Below, piece after piece: positions 61,716-64,000 of a stretch of DNA of 64,000 nt. A program made the translations under genes and the position numbers. Position 1 is the stretch's first letter. The number at the start of each line of letters is the position of its first letter. The DNA comes from Tortispora ganteri. Taxonomy: Eukaryota. The notes below the pieces were generated by a model. That model was given only the letters and a program-made list of their open reading frames with translations, was not told where the DNA came from and did no database searches. Location of the stretch: positions 372,001-436,000 of the forward strand of contig PPNB01000003.1 of NCBI GenBank assembly GCA_003707115.1. The letters are read 5' to 3'.

Positions 61716-64000
61716 ATGGACGACCGTTTGACTGAAGAACGGTCTGCTCAGATTGAGCAAGCTCTTAGACACGCTTTGAGAGACCTTCCTTTAGCCTCAG
61801 ATCATTACCATTTCAAAGCTGCCGATGAAGAACGCCTGTTAGGTACACTGTTTGACTGCGCTTCTGGGCATGGCAAATATCTATCTTATTTTTTCCCTAA
61901 TAATGACCAGCTTTCTAAAAACTACAAAATGCATGACGAAAAGGACTCTACCGTTCATATAAATCGCCCTTGCTGCAGAAAATTCTTACGAGGTGAACCA
62001 ACTTATAGGTGTCAAACTTGCGCCGTCGACGAAACATGTGCTCTGTGTTCCTACTGTTTCAATCCTGACGACCATATTGGGCATGCCGTCTCTATTAATA
62101 CTTCACTAAAGGAAACTGGTGGTGTTTGTGATTGTGGCGATCCCGAGGCATGGACTAAACCTCTCAATTGCAAATCGGCGAAGAAGATACCTCCCTCGGC
62201 CCCTATACCTAATGATCTCCTCACTTATATTTCAGTTACTATTGGCGTTGCTTTAGATTATGTTCTTGACGTAATAGTATCTTCTCCTCAACCTGGGAAA
62301 AATATGGATCTCGGTACTATCTTATCGGACGACGTTGCGTCTGTTCTTGACCCTAACGTCTATGGCCACCAAGACGTTCCAACTCATGACATGCATTCCC
62401 TCGTATTATGGAACGACGAAAAGCATTCTTTCCAAGATGTTATAAACCGTGTCACGGCTGCAACTAAGCGACGGACAGAATTTGGCGTACAGGTAGCAAC
62501 TACCGTTAATGACATCGGTCGTATGATCGTCATGTCGTCCTCCAGTTTCGACAAGCTCAGTGACGCGAGAGCCATCTTCAATATGATCTCCCTCGCTACC
62601 ACTATTAGAGCTCGTCGTGATATATACCGCGAGGAAATGGCTTTCGTTATTATAAAGTGGCTTCATGATTTAGCTGCTTCTCCTCTTAACGGTAATTATT
62701 TTGTCTTAAGATCTCTTATTTCTACATCCCTTCTATGCCCCTGGAGACCAGGCTCTATGCGCTGCCGCCGTACTAGACTGGCCCCTCCTCTGATACCTGA
62801 TGACTTACTGATGGATTCTAGTGATGACTCTGAAGATAATACTTTTGTGCCACCTCGCCCAGTAAACCGCCATCCTTCGTCTAGCTCGAATCTAACTAGT
62901 GGCCCAGACTCGCAGCCAGAATCTTTTGATTTTCCAAAGCAACAGCAAATTGTAAGTTTAGAGCCTCTTTCAGCGGTATCTGGAATTGCTATGCACGTTG
63001 AACCGGAATGCCGGCTCGATTTCCTTTTCCTTTTTGATGTGCGACTCTGGAAGCAATTTCGCCAAAGCTTATCTGAGCTTTACATATCAACTTTGGGCTT
63101 AGACACAGATTCTAAGGCTGCTCTAGCTGATAGATTTACTAAGTTGTATCCTGATCTTCTCCAGATATATTTAGTTGTGGATCGCGAGCCAGATTATTCT
63201 GTTTTATCTCTTTCAACTCAACTCTTTACTACGCCGACTATTGCTAGTCATATAGTATCCAGCGGAATGTTTTGCAATTTTCTGGTTTTATTGTATAATT
63301 TTTGCAGTTCGGGCAAAATTAGTACCTCAGAGAGATTAATGAAGCCAGGCGCAATATTGGATATAAAAGCATTAAGGAATAGAAGATTTGGACAAGTTTT
63401 TCATGATGTTGAATATATATTGACTCGGAACTCCAAAAATGTTTATTTGGTCACAGACAAACATTGTCTTAAACTCTGCACACAACTTTTGCTTTTATTC
63501 CAAGGTGCTCACCCTGTGGTTAGAGAAAAAGAGAAACATATTGAATACGAATCCGACCAGTGGGTTATATTCTTTAATTTGATGCCTCCCTTACTGCATC
63601 TTTCTCATTGTGTATCGAATGGAATGCGCGAGATTTCTCTGAAAGAAAAAATTGCGGTAATACGTTTTGCATACTCGTTCATAGCATACTGGTTAACGAA
63701 TGATCAAGATAGCACTTTGGCTGAACAAAAGGCGTCTATCCATAACTTCGCCCATTTATCTGCAGGTGCGGCCTGCAATAGTTATCATATTGTTCAGTAT
63801 AAAGTCGATTCGGAAGCGATTAGTTTTCATCATCCTGCTCATGCGTTCCTATCTTGGTTGATTCAGGAAGCGCGTTTACCTTCACCTAGCGTTTTGCTCC
63901 AGTGCTTGACATATGACGAGAATGTAATTCAATCCCCATTACCTTCTTCTTTTACTGTACCATTACTCAGACTTCTCGTTTTGGATTATCCTTTGCGCGT
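61716..64000 (+). CDS. UBR1: N-end rule E3 ubiquitin ligase (runs off the window end)
   Basis: Manual translation from ATG 61716: UBR box CCRKFLRGEPTYRCQTC...CDCGDPEAW, ClpS-like LWNDEKHSFQDVI, FDVRLWK, DREP, HIEYE. Confidence 0.9.
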   Translation, partial: MDDRLTEERSAQIEQALRHALRDLPLASDHYHFKAADEERLLGTLFDCASGHGKYLSYFFPNNDQLSKNYKMHDEKDSTVHINRPCCRKFLRGEPTYRCQTCAVDETCALCSYCFNPDDHIGHAVSINTSLKETGGVCDCGDPEAWTKPLNCKSAKKIPPSAPIPNDLLTYISVTIGVALDYVLDVIVSSPQPGKNMDLGTILSDDVASVLDPNVYGHQDVPTHDMHSLVLWNDEKHSFQDVINRVTAATKRRTEFGVQVATTVNDIGRMIVMSSSSFDKLSDARAIFNMISLATTIRARRDIYREEMAFVIIKWLHDLAASPLNGNYFVLRSLISTSLLCPWRPGSMRCRRTRLAPPLIPDDLLMDSSDDSEDNTFVPPRPVNRHPSSSSNLTSGPDSQPESFDFPKQQQIVSLEPLSAVSGIAMHVEPECRLDFLFLFDVRLWKQFRQSLSELYISTLGLDTDSKAALADRFTKLYPDLLQIYLVVDREPDYSVLSLSTQLFTTPTIASHIVSSGMFCNFLVLLYNFCSSGKISTSERLMKPGAILDIKALRNRRFGQVFHDVEYILTRNSKNVYLVTDKHCLKLCTQLLLLFQGAHPVVREKEKHIEYESDQWVIFFNLMPPLLHLSHCVSNGMREISLKEKIAVIRFAYSFIAYWLTNDQDSTLAEQKASIHNFAHLSAGAACNSYHIVQYKVDSEAISFHHPAHAFLSWLIQEARLPSPSVLLQCLTYDENVIQSPLPSSFTVPLLRLLVLDYPLR

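Noticed and set aside
1..64000. Transposons, LTRs, CRISPR arrays, rRNA, alternative genetic code
   Set aside because: No transposase/RT/integrase ORFs, long repeats or rRNA motifs seen; CTG codons fall at conserved Leu positions (e.g. TBP).

Overview
Gene-dense, intron-poor fungal nuclear DNA, most consistent with an early-diverging budding yeast (Saccharomycotina; inferred from gene content, short GTAAGT/CTAAC/YAG introns and CTG read as Leu in conserved proteins such as TBP). It holds about 33 protein-coding genes, mostly conserved: SWR1, a Uls1/Rad5-16-type SNF2 ATPase, PPN1, an RRT12-like subtilisin, UBC11, IES4, LIA1, RPA12, a copper-fist factor, YRB30, SUP35, a BAR-PH protein, KDM5/JHD2, SLX1, ROT2, ERP3, CDC12, GUS1, OMS1, SPT15, NDC80, an Ssh4/Ear1-like SPRY protein, EAF6, an OSCA/Spo75-like protein, two tandem GH16 genes, QCR9 and a truncated UBR1, plus a few orphans. 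I reconstructed by hand three spliced genes that the ORF track misses or truncates (YRB30, CDC12, QCR9). I found no tRNA, rRNA, transposon or CRISPR. The best leads are: a single UGA-C stop separating the OSCA gene from an in-frame EAF6; a GC-AG intron in YRB30; an atypical QY-repeat Sup35 prion-like domain; an MGCC lipid-anchored SPRY/PY adaptor; an orphan with PP1-docking motifs; and splice signals in two long ORF-free regions suggesting unannotated spliced RNAs. None of these is a proven new system. All identifications come from motif recognition, not database searches.
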